DNA of 64,000 bases from a virus (Duplodnaviria; Caudoviricetes). Position numbers and translations under genes: made by a program. The notes beneath the pieces are model-generated. The model saw only the letters and a program-made list of their open reading frames with translations, did not search any database and had not been told where the DNA came from. Within the stretch, counting starts at the first letter, position 1. Every line of letters begins with the position of its first letter. The stretch spans positions 15,726 through 79,725 of the IMG/VR virus record IMGVR_UViG_2582581306_000002; one strand, given 5' to 3'. Of the stretch, positions 29,301 through 36,698 are shown one piece after another.

Positions 29301-30406
29301 ACGTGCAGCATGTCCGGTGAATCGGTATAGGTGATGAACCGCTTCGCACCGCGCGCGCGGAGATCCTGCACCAGTGCGGCCCGCTCCTGGTCGGACATGC
29401 CCTTCATGGAGATGTCGGACGCATCGCCGCGCGAATGTTCACCGGGGCCACCGGCCTTGGCAGCCTCAACACGGTGCTGCGGCGACCGGAAGCCGGAAAG
29501 CACGGTTAGATCGCGACCGAGCGCTTTGGACGAATCGACCAGGATGCTTTCGAACGCCGGCGCCAGCTTGTTCTGCTCCGGATGGCTGAAAAACAGTTTC
29601 CCGCCACTGCCGGCCGGCGCTTCCTCTTCGGGCCGCACCAGACGGGCAAGACCTTTCGCTGAAGGATTCGGCACATAGCTGCTCGACTGGTCAGTTGCCG
29701 CCGCACGCGCCGCTGTCTCCTTGTCCACCGCCGCAAACGGGTCTTTGCCACCATAGAGCCCGAGGCCATCCTTGACCTCGAACCCCTCGCCGATCGTCAC
29801 GCCGCCCGCCGGCGCCGCAGCTTCCTGCCGCTTACCCGTGGACGAATAGTAGGTATGGCCGCCGATCTTCGTGGTCACCGGCATGGTCTTGGCCCAATCC
29901 GGCGACACATAGCCGGCATGGAAGTGATCAGCACCGCCGGTCGGGTCTTGCAGCGTGCCATCAAACACGCCCTGCACGATCTTCTCCGCCTCGCTGCGGA
30001 TCATGGGATTGCGCTGCGCTTCCCGGGAACCCTCACGCGGGTTTTCATAACCCTCGAACTGCGACGGCTGGCGAACAACATCTGCTGGCGAGATACCGCG
30101 AGCTGCTGCCCGGTTCTTGATGACAGACGCGACGCCCACCATGCCCTGGGGACCGTCACCGGCCGCCTCGGCGATGACGGTATCCACCATGTCGTTCCAA
30201 TCCTTCGCGTCGAACGACGTGTTCTTGTTCACGACGCGGGATGGGAGCTCTTGTGTGTTGGTGCCAGGTGTCTGGGTGTTGACCGCGCGCGTCGTGCTCT
30301 CGGCAGGCTTCGGGTTCAGCCCGCCACCGCCATAGAGGCCGAGCGGGTCTTTGAACTCAGAAGCGTCCTTGGAATTGCCGAGACCGATGACAATGGGGGG
30401 GGGCAT
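20393..30406 (-). CDS. Giant polyvalent virion/injected protein (3337 aa)
   Basis: Recognisable segments: SleB-type cell-wall hydrolase, M15 peptidase (SGFRS..H...D...HVD), inorganic-pyrophosphatase-like (GNYKKGH...HYGY...DGDHVD), ART-like (YHGT...GWGLYF), zincin HEAFH, PLxRFG (YFPLGRFG). Confidence 0.9.
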   Translation of the reverse strand: MPPPIVIGLGNSKDASEFKDPLGLYGGGGLNPKPAESTTRAVNTQTPGTNTQELPSRVVNKNTSFDAKDWNDMVDTVIAEAAGDGPQGMVGVASVIKNRAAARGISPADVVRQPSQFEGYENPREGSREAQRNPMIRSEAEKIVQGVFDGTLQDPTGGADHFHAGYVSPDWAKTMPVTTKIGGHTYYSSTGKRQEAAAPAGGVTIGEGFEVKDGLGLYGGKDPFAAVDKETAARAAATDQSSSYVPNPSAKGLARLVRPEEEAPAGSGGKLFFSHPEQNKLAPAFESILVDSSKALGRDLTVLSGFRSPQHRVEAAKAGGPGEHSRGDASDISMKGMSDQERAALVQDLRARGAKRFITYTDSPDMLHVDLKDQKGDGSTWFMHDKTNRNMNKAPRWFQDVAAGGAPQAVAQAEGTTNAEKGGIPVSGDFQPKDDMKLYGEANPFKEMAASTAQLRPFRPDEQRPNADGSYSTEISTTWQLPSGEWVNVPSLWMGPKGPVQFDAGDEDNILRTMQAYEQANGQTFERFKSVKEAEAAAKARSAAGGAGAGVAAENQLIEETHAALDTREPGKYLTMSEVEYEAWKAEWEKENRSTGRGGDLARKVGAGNADLGRTVRAVVGMIPKVGPSIVGGLDAVDEWVTGKPVEQRLRDYATTARASVTEAGKVSYNKTWWDSEKGTLGPAWSDPDSYLGAIAESAPSTLATMGPSALLARGAYTAAIVGGLGEKAAAATAAKTALVAGAVGEGGLGGGQSAIEVRDRIAEIPRDQLLEADSVKALISQGMSPDEAIASITDDAASQAFLVAGVTTGAFGGLGDRALAKIIAEGVGGTVAKRLLVGAGRGAAGEGILEELPQSASQKVAENAAVQTVDPSQNLTEGVAEAAAGGLAAGAAMGGGLGGAGGAISPASAEISNEIDEQVASPATQQAPPAGARRAGPLARALEHGETQAVRQQQEHGIGAQVAAAAAASSGIRPAQGATVRVDADGVEPFMATVEGYEGDEAVVVDSGSGEVYQIPLGQLTEIAKPPSGSLLPTRDALPESSDDEALRPQEPVAGEITSELPPRSEQMPALEKLPSAPQPGQRVIVDTPELGRFSAKVGSYEEGATEVLVTNDAGQSYQVPAAALFVSKLNAKQVEEQELKRNPPVERETPVLTGTDRRLGDKTVSMPDALHARLYDLGKERLTSKRIMGTSQLGMDEALPAEQRLLAKEFEIDSQALGQLSDDFRYRVERAAKEARSKLAIKMPPVNDKRLKEWQSEHRRSGAIDEPVAPIDEAQVWWDAMSPDERRVVLDTAGIKRSEKLDWAGHSGGVRKKLNALVPANAISNVDTEAHAAATSPLNDLPEPTEAQQKEGNYKKGHIRLGGLDISIENPVGSERKGTGPDGKPWSVTMPAHYGYFRGTTGADGDHVDLYVKAGTSDISDENPAFVVDQIDPDTGRFDELKVILGASDRADAVDIYSRGFSDASASRRMGDITEMSVQDLKVLLKDDKATRSPQGAARISRTEQASPVQDVAQHIGPDAKPEEPVLPQLRGAGDRPRSEDEQVLDLSGNRRGQADTETSAGPDRQRGKLRAGEPSLGDKEGASPQHAEKPHDDDRGGDQDPDSMGGTGRSVPIDDSLSPRNGDVGGKRGTNATPSVKAATVEQTPVPEVKRAFNADDHPWDDVWGSEDDAISDALGRLTQTNGGDDDIAAAVKAGMQDKELLELVEKKFGTGGAGGNKYMVETRPGPAITFILDKDDGKRRIVLKGKQLADAIRKEFKESLADMKAKHEARTSKPPAKQKLPVTENTVFTEDAAEKARALLRKKLSGSTLNSGIDPEILQAGVTLAGYHIEKGARTFAAFATAMLADLGDVARPYLKSWYMGVKYDPRATAFDGMSSAADVDAAENVKPPEDAEFQAAYHGTGSDFDEFSTEMIGTGEGNQSFGWGLYFAGKKEVANHYRRMLTRNSRFLLNGVDVKTLDRSKMTNEEKAGTDALLGVLSVAEAIEQLEQFAATDTGRMKAFYEGGRDWLKSANLKHEGGGQLFEVDVPEDSELAWWDGDISDQPEGVRKILQKLAPAGARKASKADIRRFSTLAGNIIGQQHGERYIRDDLGIDEEFDLVYELTPAQRATLEGIREKFNNALSGRLNLDQTFQDYYESLVKERGSDKAASEALRAAGIPGHRFLDGASRDAGDGTYNYVIYDDSRVKIVSPKRKAAAPMGWGDVDTSTDTGLGSPADIQAVNDIVRKVAGLNDVMWMKRIDLPNGAAAWGTTTPTTAGGFYSPGQDVIAIAENTASATNAYHEAFHRLQHLFLSNAEKAVLKAEIGRLRRMVQQRIGREKQAAKMTAHEVEAEAFAAYATGVSTIKPHTALRAAWDRILKAIRQVQNFLQGRGFQTAEDVFDRAKSGAIAQRTPVSKPKVEATQFSIAEDSDRLIPTPGAIASALSGKLTDIQPAMLKTIPLNYFPELARPNMTAVGDYLRVKRLLDTYRGKKHEKAGEVVEQWRKVISTGYLGKDKSRAAQISSLMHDATLAGVDPSLTDAETIAKTGYDALRKQYLALPVKARELFSTVRDTYRQQAEELDQLLLDNVRKAQQIALDRAEADYQKNIADLDKKNLTAKTRKAKEAELATQYKEQKTRAQWTMKARMTKMRIAFENSRVPAPYFPLGRFGRYFVAVRDVDGETLYFSKHETAHERDQTATRVQKAYPAGTVKVGVTENSSELRQAMDPRIVAEIETLLGDAGAAPELQDAIWQRYLESMPELSARKRFIHRKGTAGYHEDAMRVFANALFHGAHQMGKIKYGLELQELTNKAKDQAEEADDQTRAMTLANELAKRHDWVMNPTGSEWAQWMTSVAFVYYLAASPAAAMVNLTQTVMLGVPILGAKYGGVAKSSAALLRASKDFVVSKGRLMGSSTTDDEKRAMEAFYESGLIDRTQSYDLAGAGQNGINQTSIRAKTMKVISWAFQQAEVVNRSVTALAAYRMARAAGRTEPDAIDAAHELTLKTHFDYSNSSRPAIMQNDFAKVALVFRQYQINYLYRVFRDIHQSLKGESAAVRKEARYQLAGVVGMMSLLAGVTGTIGFNLVMALASAIFGDDDDPMDFEQQFRKSVQDILGPELGGIVLNGAPGHYLGIDLTSRIGMPDLWFRSPSRDLQGKSEYEYWALQSLGASVSMIGQFWQGFSVIKDEGNVARGLEVAAPKFIRDLLKTYRYAQEGVTSARGDEILPANQIDYHDLVAQFLGFTPAKVAETWDRNISLKNAEQAILDKRRMLMNRFAMAVTMKDDEARKEAIADIKKFNAVPVNGPLAITAETLKRSLKTRARNAAKREDGVLIGNPALGKSLREKLPDPIYR
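25489..25941 (-). CDS. HNH-family endonuclease-like gene nested in the +1 frame of the giant gene
   Basis: HG....PLY.TW..I..R.......Y.NYGGRGI...LDRIDNEGNYEPGNLRWAT..EQ..N, plus a C-terminal TLTAWAE..G...TI..RL HTH. Confidence 0.85.
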   Translation of the reverse strand: MTRQHARPRGQREYHGLSRHPLYKTWLNILDRTQNPKSPYYHNYGGRGIALDPRMSRFSTFLEIVGDRPTPKHQLDRIDNEGNYEPGNLRWATKKEQAHNMRKNHMMTIGGETKTLTAWAEQVGLCPSTIHYRLGTGMSEESAVLTPRRR

Positions 30407-30431
30407 TTATGGCGGCTCCTGAGAAGAAGCC

Positions 30432-30444
30432 GCACGTCATGCGC
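30432..30444 (-). promoter_or_regulatory. Late-leader motif GCGCATGACGTGC (giant gene)
   Basis: 25 nt upstream of the ATG; preceded by TTCCAA-N17-TATAAC. Confidence 0.85.
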
Positions 30445-30741
30445 GGTCGATGCGCAGTTATAGAATGAGCGGGAGCGATTTGGAAGCGCACGCCTTTGAA
30501 CGATGTCAAATACGTGATGGTAACGTTAAAATTAACGATTGGTGCGCCGCTCGGCTCCGCCTATAGTGAGGGCAGGTCAGGGAAACGGAGTGCTGATAAC
30601 ACATCGATACCGTCCCCTGACCTTGGCGCTATGCCCGCAGTTGGCGAGAGGTGGATGCAACCATCTCTCGCCGATTTGCTTGCTTAACATTATGCAGGCA
30701 TTCCGACTGCGGCGCAAATGATATCATTGCCATTACATCGT

Positions 30742-30779
30742 GTGAAAAAGTGAAAGAGCCCGCCGTTGCTGACGGGCTC
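30742..30779 (-). terminator. Rho-independent terminator
   Basis: GAGCCCGTC-AGCAAC-GGCGGGCTC-TTTCACTTTTT on the minus strand. Confidence 0.75.
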
Positions 30780-31015
30780 ACCATCGGAACGTCCATCTGG
30801 CTCCCAGCTTTCCAGACGCCCAATAAGTCTCCGGAACGTGACCGCAACCACCCTTCACCGACGCCGGTTCGCCGTCCGATCGCAAAGCCAGCATTCCGAG
30901 CAGCCGATCGGCGCCGCTTCGAAACACTCCGGTTCTAGGCTCCGGTGCTATCCTTTGGGGCAGCTTCCGTCCCCATACCTTCACACCTTCAACGCCCTCC
31001 CCGGCTCAGGGATCT
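30742..31015 (-). ncRNA. Candidate GGA-rich small RNA
   Basis: No convincing ORF; 12 GGA on the minus strand in about 210 nt; ends in a terminator. Confidence 0.3.
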
Positions 31016-31018
31016 CTG

Positions 31019-31090
31019 TTACTTCGGCGCCGGAGTGAAATCGACGTAGAACGTGTCGCCGACCTCGAACCTACCGGCCGCGTCGACCAT
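31019..31090 (-). pseudogene. 23-codon ORF, likely a C-terminal remnant of a phage gene
   Basis: MVDAAGRFEVGDTFYVDFTPAPK. Confidence 0.35.
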
Positions 31091-31092
31091 CG

Positions 31093-31368
31093 CTAAACCC
31101 TCGGCGGCCAGTGCCACGTGCCGATTTCGCCGCCTTCCGAATACATCACCGAGCCACGGTGCGCGACGACACCAGCGTCGTTGCTGCCGTCCAGGAACAG
31201 CTGCAGGTTCGACATGCCGGAATGCGGATCGTCTTCGAGGATGTCACGGTATGCACGCGTGACGATGGCGGCGCGGATCTGACCCGTCGCCAGCACGTAA
31301 TGCACAATGCGGCCAACTGTCACCGGCTGGTTGAACTTCGTGCCGAAATCCTGCTGTTGTTCAGCCAT
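31093..31368 (-). CDS. Conserved phage hypothetical protein
   Basis: P.VGRIVHY...AAIVT...WHWPPRV; SD AGGAG. Confidence 0.75.
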   Translation of the reverse strand: MAEQQQDFGTKFNQPVTVGRIVHYVLATGQIRAAIVTRAYRDILEDDPHSGMSNLQLFLDGSNDAGVVAHRGSVMYSEGGEIGTWHWPPRV

Positions 31369-31801
31369 TGTAGCGCTCCTGCAAGGCTTTCCTGATGGTG
31401 CCCGAAAGGTCGCGGGCGGACGGGAAGCGGAGGCGTTCGTCGCCGGGGCCAAAACCGTGCTGCTGCTGCTCGCCCTTTGCAAGGGCAGTGGCAACGGCAA
31501 ACGCCATTTCCTCGCTGTCATACTCGGCGCTGTCCGTGTACGCCGACGGCACGCTGTTCCCGGTCAGATCGAAGCGACGGGCGACGTAGCGCACGACGGC
31601 AACGACTTCATAAAGGACTTCGGGCTGAACCGCCTTTTCGCTGGCGCAATCCGTGTCCTGCATGGGCGGCGTCGGCGGCACGTTGCCGGTAACGTACTGT
31701 TCAAGAGTTTGCGCAGCGGCAACCCTTTCGTGAGCGCTCAACATTGGGTGGTTGACCAATTCGAGGATTTCAATGCGCTGATGTGGCTGCAGAGTTGACA
31801 T
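31361..31801 (-). CDS. Hypothetical protein
   Basis: SD AGGAG before ATG 31801. Confidence 0.65.
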   Translation of the reverse strand: MSTLQPHQRIEILELVNHPMLSAHERVAAAQTLEQYVTGNVPPTPPMQDTDCASEKAVQPEVLYEVVAVVRYVARRFDLTGNSVPSAYTDSAEYDSEEMAFAVATALAKGEQQQHGFGPGDERLRFPSARDLSGTIRKALQERYNG

Positions 31802-31896
31802 TTTGGGGCTCCTGTCACTGCCTCTGCCCTCGATCGAGCACAGGAAGAGACAGAAGCGGACCGGCGGGTCCGCTTCCATTGCAGTCCACTAAGGCG

Positions 31897-32208
31897 TCAG
31901 CAGCGCCGGCGGACTTCGATGAAGTTCAGTGCGTCCGTCGCCATCGCTTCCGCGTATTCCGGTTTCAGGATGTCGATACTTCGGTAACTGCCCGGGCGGG
32001 TGACGTCCGGCTTTTCGACCGTCGCGACGGCCGTCTCGATCAGGCTGAAATCGTGCACCATGACGGCGATGTCGTCGAACGGCGACGCCTGGTAGATGCG
32101 GAGCACGTCGTTACCGACATAGGCGGAGGCCGGCGCGGCGAAGACGAACATCGCAGCGATCGCCGCGAAGCTGGATAGGATGAAAATTCGGAGAGGCATG
32201 CGGTTCAT
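31897..32208 (-). CDS. Secreted hypothetical protein
   Basis: Signal peptide ending ASA; SD AAAGG; directly downstream of the tRNA. Confidence 0.6.
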   Translation of the reverse strand: MNRMPLRIFILSSFAAIAAMFVFAAPASAYVGNDVLRIYQASPFDDIAVMVHDFSLIETAVATVEKPDVTRPGSYRSIDILKPEYAEAMATDALNFIEVRRRC

Positions 32209-32231
32209 GCGAAAGCCTTTCTGTATGGGAA

Positions 32232-32308
32232 TGGTTGCGGGGGTAGGATTTGAACCTACGACCTTCAGGTTATGAGCCTGATGAGCTACCGAACTGCTCC
32301 ACCCCACG
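32232..32308 (-). tRNA. tRNA-fMet (CAT), initiator
   Basis: 77-nt cloverleaf; C1:A72 mismatch; TCAGG-CTCATAA-CCTGA anticodon arm; GTTCAAAT T-loop; encoded CCA. Confidence 0.95.
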
Positions 32309-32346
32309 CACTGACCAGAATTCCACCGAGCGTTTTTGTCAACACG

Positions 32347-34305
32347 TCAGGTGATGAAGCACGCAGACACGAGAAACCGCTTGTCCGTCCCGGCCGATGA
32401 CGGAAAGTCAGTGATCTGAAGATCGGTTGTCGTCACCCCAGACCCCATTGCCTTGAAATTGAAGCGGTCCGCGCTTGGCCCGATACGAGGCACAAATTGC
32501 GTAAACCCGGCCTTCGTCAATCCGGCGAACTCGAACGATCCTGATATCTGCTGCATGTCGGGAAACCCGCTTTCCGGCATACCTTCCATGCGGACTGCCC
32601 CGGTCGCAGTGCTGTATTCAAGCTTGCCGATCCATTCAGCGGTGACAAACACCAGCCTGCCAACGCGGATTATGTATCCTTTAGGCGTCCCCGTTGGTGT
32701 GAGCGCCAAATCCCCCAGCACCGCGCAGCTGATCGTTGGTGTCCAAAGCGTTACGGTATTCGCCCCTTCCGCCAGATCGAGAAGCGCCACGCTTTCAGCC
32801 GCCAACGCAAGAAGAGGCACGCGCTCCGCCACCAATTCGGCCTTCGGCGCATTGATCAGCGCCGCAACGTCAACGCTTATCGTTCGCACTGCGGCCGCCC
32901 GTATCGCGGTTTCCTTGCCGTAGGCCATCAGGGCTTTGCCGCTGTCCGGATTGATGAACAGCGACGGGTAGCCCGAGCTATCTAACAGTTCAGGGACCAG
33001 CGATATCTCAGAGCCCCAATTCGTGGGAGCTGCGAGAGCAAGGGCTGCCGTGGTCCAGCGGGCGCAGATCGCGTCCGGTGTGGGTGGCGGGCTACTCAGA
33101 ACACTGCGAGCCATGTAGGTCATGAAGACGTAACGCACGCCGTCAACATCGATCACGTTCAGTTCATGCGACTGATAGCCGCCTGATGCGGGCAGGTTCG
33201 TTTCGGCCGGCACGGACCACGTCACGCCGCGGTCGGAAGTCTTCGCTGTGCGCATGCCGCTCACAGCAGCATCGACGCGAAGCAATGTGAGCCAGTTGTT
33301 TTCGTCAATGATCGCTATCGCCTGCTCAGAGAGCCCAGGCGATGCAGAAGTGGCGATAAGGTGCGCCGTCCAGCTCGTCCCTTGCCAGTCGTCAGAGACC
33401 ACGACGTAATTGTCATTGCCGGTGTATATGCTTGCGACCTGATCGCCAGACGGCAGGATCTTGATTTGCCCGTACCAGGCTATTGCTACGCTGGGCAGTC
33501 CAGATATGGCCATGACCTGCAACGGCGTCCAATCATCCTTGCCGGTGAGCGACGTGGTCTGATACCTCGTACGAGCGCCCGTGGTAACATCGAGGGTCGA
33601 GAAGATCGCGATCAGCGAGCCATCCTTGCGCCGCCCGAGCGCTGGATAGTAGAAAATCGTCTGCCCGTCCGTCATGCCGTCGCCCAGGATCACCTCGTTG
33701 GGGAACGTCGCGCCGCCGTTTTCGCTCCATGCGTAGACGATATCAGCGGCGATGCGGAGGAGACCAACAGTAACCGCGCCGGCCGGATTGCCATCGACCG
33801 TCACCGATGTAATCGAATTCGGATCAATGCTGCCGACCAGAGTGACCGTCGAAGCGTTGCCGCCAGCTCCACTGCGAACGACAGGCACGCCGTTGAGAGT
33901 GCCGGTCACCGTGAAGATACGGCCCGTGTCATTTCCGGCAGACGTGACTGTTACCTCAGTCGCACGCAGGACGCCCGTCACGACGCCAGCAGTCGTCTCG
34001 TTGCCGTTGATGACAAGAGACTGCACGCCGCCCGCCGCTGGCGTCTGTGAGGCGCAGATGGCCGCCGTGTCGGATTGCCCGTGATTGCGCCCGCGATGGT
34101 ACAGCACGCCGACCACATCGAAGCCAGCGGCCAGAACCGGGAAATGTGAATACAGCCCGTCATCGACCAGCGCCGCAGCGGCCGGCACTTGTGGCCATTC
34201 ACGTTGCCGCTGCACGGCGACGTCTGCGGCCCGCCCTTGTTCCTGTGTGGCGAAGTAGCTTGTGGGTTTCTGAGTGTTGCTTGCGCCGTTATAGAGCCCC
34301 TGCAT
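32347..34305 (-). CDS. Putative tail spike with a sialidase-like BNR beta-propeller
   Basis: Asp-boxes WSENGGATF and TSDRGVTW; HFP, SEQ, GYP motifs; C-terminal fibre-like domain; TGATG coupling. Confidence 0.7.
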   Translation of the reverse strand: MQGLYNGASNTQKPTSYFATQEQGRAADVAVQRQREWPQVPAAAALVDDGLYSHFPVLAAGFDVVGVLYHRGRNHGQSDTAAICASQTPAAGGVQSLVINGNETTAGVVTGVLRATEVTVTSAGNDTGRIFTVTGTLNGVPVVRSGAGGNASTVTLVGSIDPNSITSVTVDGNPAGAVTVGLLRIAADIVYAWSENGGATFPNEVILGDGMTDGQTIFYYPALGRRKDGSLIAIFSTLDVTTGARTRYQTTSLTGKDDWTPLQVMAISGLPSVAIAWYGQIKILPSGDQVASIYTGNDNYVVVSDDWQGTSWTAHLIATSASPGLSEQAIAIIDENNWLTLLRVDAAVSGMRTAKTSDRGVTWSVPAETNLPASGGYQSHELNVIDVDGVRYVFMTYMARSVLSSPPPTPDAICARWTTAALALAAPTNWGSEISLVPELLDSSGYPSLFINPDSGKALMAYGKETAIRAAAVRTISVDVAALINAPKAELVAERVPLLALAAESVALLDLAEGANTVTLWTPTISCAVLGDLALTPTGTPKGYIIRVGRLVFVTAEWIGKLEYSTATGAVRMEGMPESGFPDMQQISGSFEFAGLTKAGFTQFVPRIGPSADRFNFKAMGSGVTTTDLQITDFPSSAGTDKRFLVSACFIT

Positions 34306-34619
34306 CACGCTGGCTCCCATGCCAGGCGGTCGCCGGGTTGGGAGAAATAGTCGACCGTCTCCTCCCGTGGCAGGAACATCCGGGGGCTGACACTGGAATC
34401 GGGGTCCTGCTTGATGGAGATCCAGGCATCGACACTGGATCTGACGCGGAAGATAGGCTGTCCGTGAACGTCGCCTTCCCTTGGCGCTTCGCTGGCGGTT
34501 TCGCCGGCTACCTCAAGGGTCTCCGACCACACCCGCTTTATCATCAGCGGCTGGATCGAATCCTTGTAACCGCGAGCGCCGGCAAATCCGACAACGACGT
34601 GAAGGCCAACAAGAGGCAT
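34305..34619 (-). CDS. Small structural adaptor (paralog of 36361-36678)
   Basis: GLHV..GFAG.RG..DSIQ....KRVWSET. Confidence 0.75.
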   Translation of the reverse strand: MPLVGLHVVVGFAGARGYKDSIQPLMIKRVWSETLEVAGETASEAPREGDVHGQPIFRVRSSVDAWISIKQDPDSSVSPRMFLPREETVDYFSQPGDRLAWEPA

Positions 34620-34639
34620 GTGCTATCTCCGAAGGGACA

Positions 34640-34652
34640 GCACATCATGCGC
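34640..34652 (-). promoter_or_regulatory. Late-leader motif GCGCATGATGTGC
   Basis: 20 nt upstream of the ATG; preceded by TAGCAA-N17-TAATGT. Confidence 0.85.
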
Positions 34653-34730
34653 GGGAACAGGCGGACATTAGCGCGGTTCCGGGGATTTTGCTAGACGTCG
34701 CATCCCCGCAGATGATCTAGGGGCGCGGGG

Positions 34731-36182
34731 TTATGCTAGCGCCAAGAAAGCATTGGCGATCGGCGGCGCAAGCACTGACGCCAGCATGTCCATGCCAGTC
34801 TGGCCGGGATGTGTTCCATCCGTTGAAGTGTAGCCAGACCCGCCGCCTGTCAGGGTATATGCACCCGTTGCACGGAAGTCATAGAAGGCTACGCGACTGG
34901 TATCGGATACAGCGGCATATCCAGCCGCAATAGCTGTCGTGCAAGCATTGGATGATGTCGTGTCCGCATATGGGCTTATCCCGACGATGCGAACCTTCGG
35001 CAAAGCGGACAGCAAATCATTGAGACGTGCTGTCACCTCGGCGGTCAACCCTGCCGCGCCCTCTCCTGCGACAATTGAAGCCCACTGAAACATATCGTTG
35101 ATGCCGAGCGCAAGAACGAGCATGTCTGGCGCCTGCGCGATGATCGATGCGATCTCGGCAGAAAAGAGGCTCGATCCTCTGATGAAGCCTTGCCCACTCG
35201 TGCCATACTGAACGAACCTCTCTTGCAGCCCGAGCATATAGGCCGATTGGCGGGTCCAGTTTCCGAACGCGTAGGAGCCATGAAGATTTTCGATGAAGCT
35301 GTCGCCGGCCATCATCAACTTGGCTTTGTCCGTGTTTTCGGGCCAGGGCAGGACGCTGACACCGCCGCCCACATTCAAGCCTGCGAACTTTGTTCCGAAC
35401 CCGAGGATCAGCTCGACGGTGCGCATTCTCTTGGTAGTGTGAAGCTTGCCGAGAGCCACCGTAAATGTCGCGCCGGTACCAGACCCCGACGTTGATCCTT
35501 GTGACATCGTCGCGGCCGAAGCGGAATAGACGCCCAGACGGCAGATCGCAACAGATGCAACAGCACTGCCGCTGAGCGATGTCACGCGGACCTGCGCAGC
35601 GGTCGTAAATGCACCCCCGGCCAGCGTGATGATCTCACCAAGGGCATAACCAGTGCCGCCGGCAAGGACCACCGCATTCGCAAGCTCGTAGCTCAGCGTG
35701 TCCGCGCCAAATTCATAGAGAACGAAGTGCTCGGTGTCGTTGTTCATTCCTGGGCTATCGACAGAGAAGCGGCCTTTGGAGACCGGCTTGCCGTCAATCA
35801 GCACCGTGTGCTGGCTTTGCCCGAGATAGGACTTCAATTTCAGATCGAAGGTTCCGTCAACGAGCCAGCGATACCTGACGCCAGCTTTGGTGCCGGCCTT
35901 GTAGCCGCTGCTGTCAACAAATGCGCCACCGAGTTTTGTCAGGCGTGTATCGTCACGACCGACACCAACGGAGGTGTTCCCGCTGATTGTGCTGTTGCCG
36001 CCGGCAGCTCCGGACGTCACGACCGGCGGGGACGCCATCACATCGGGGAAAGCGCCGAAACCGTTCAAGCCCAGCTTCCATCGGTGGAACTTCGACAGGC
36101 CGACATATGCCGCCCGCTCGACGGAGATATCGCCGCCGCTGAGGACTGGCGCCACATCGGCAGCAGCAACGTAATTTGGCAT
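34731..36182 (-). CDS. Putative tail spike with an SGNH/GDSL esterase domain
   Basis: GDSF, GTSG, GIND, DGTHP catalytic blocks; GGTGY..G repeat. Confidence 0.8.
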   Translation of the reverse strand: MPNYVAAADVAPVLSGGDISVERAAYVGLSKFHRWKLGLNGFGAFPDVMASPPVVTSGAAGGNSTISGNTSVGVGRDDTRLTKLGGAFVDSSGYKAGTKAGVRYRWLVDGTFDLKLKSYLGQSQHTVLIDGKPVSKGRFSVDSPGMNNDTEHFVLYEFGADTLSYELANAVVLAGGTGYALGEIITLAGGAFTTAAQVRVTSLSGSAVASVAICRLGVYSASAATMSQGSTSGSGTGATFTVALGKLHTTKRMRTVELILGFGTKFAGLNVGGGVSVLPWPENTDKAKLMMAGDSFIENLHGSYAFGNWTRQSAYMLGLQERFVQYGTSGQGFIRGSSLFSAEIASIIAQAPDMLVLALGINDMFQWASIVAGEGAAGLTAEVTARLNDLLSALPKVRIVGISPYADTTSSNACTTAIAAGYAAVSDTSRVAFYDFRATGAYTLTGGGSGYTSTDGTHPGQTGMDMLASVLAPPIANAFLALA

Positions 36183-36364
36183 TATGCAGCCCTCGCTGTG
36201 AATATCGCGCCGTTGTCACGGCTGACCAGTGGTTGATTGTTGGTTCTGCTGACGAGAGCGTTCGGGGGCACCCCCGCGCCCGCTAAACGGTTGGCATCGA
36301 GCCCGACCATGTCGATGCGCTTTGGGAGGTTGATCGCAAACGTCGCAAGCAACCCGGCCATCAC
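36182..36364 (-). CDS. Small hypothetical protein
   Basis: Overlaps both neighbours (translational coupling). Confidence 0.6.
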   Translation of the reverse strand: MMAGLLATFAINLPKRIDMVGLDANRLAGAGVPPNALVSRTNNQPLVSRDNGAIFTARAA

Positions 36365-36678
36365 GGCACCAGGATGAACGCGACCTTATCGCCCGGCTCG
36401 CACGGCTCGTCGAGGCGTTCGCCTGCCCGGATCAGGATGCGGGGATTTGCCGCCGCATTCGGGTTGGCACCGATCGCGATGTAGGAATCGGCCTGGGCGC
36501 TGATACGCAGGATCATCTGGCCGGAGCCCTGACCGCTCTGCGGCGCGGAGCCGACCGTCGTGCCTGGTGCTGCCACCGTTTCCGACCAGACGCGCTTTTG
36601 AAGGATGGATTGGATGGTGTCGTTGGCGCCGCGCACGCCGGCGAACCCGGCTTCGACGTGAATACCTGCAAAGGCCAT
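36361..36678 (-). CDS. Small structural adaptor (paralog of 34305-34619)
   Basis: GIHV..GFAG.RG..DTIQ....KRVWSET. Confidence 0.75.
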   Translation of the reverse strand: MAFAGIHVEAGFAGVRGANDTIQSILQKRVWSETVAAPGTTVGSAPQSGQGSGQMILRISAQADSYIAIGANPNAAANPRILIRAGERLDEPCEPGDKVAFILVP

Positions 36679-36698
36679 GTGCTCTCTCCGAAAAGACA

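Noticed and set aside
31897-32307. 136-aa ORF as given in the track
   Set aside because: Its 5' part is the tRNA-fMet; the start was reassigned to 32208
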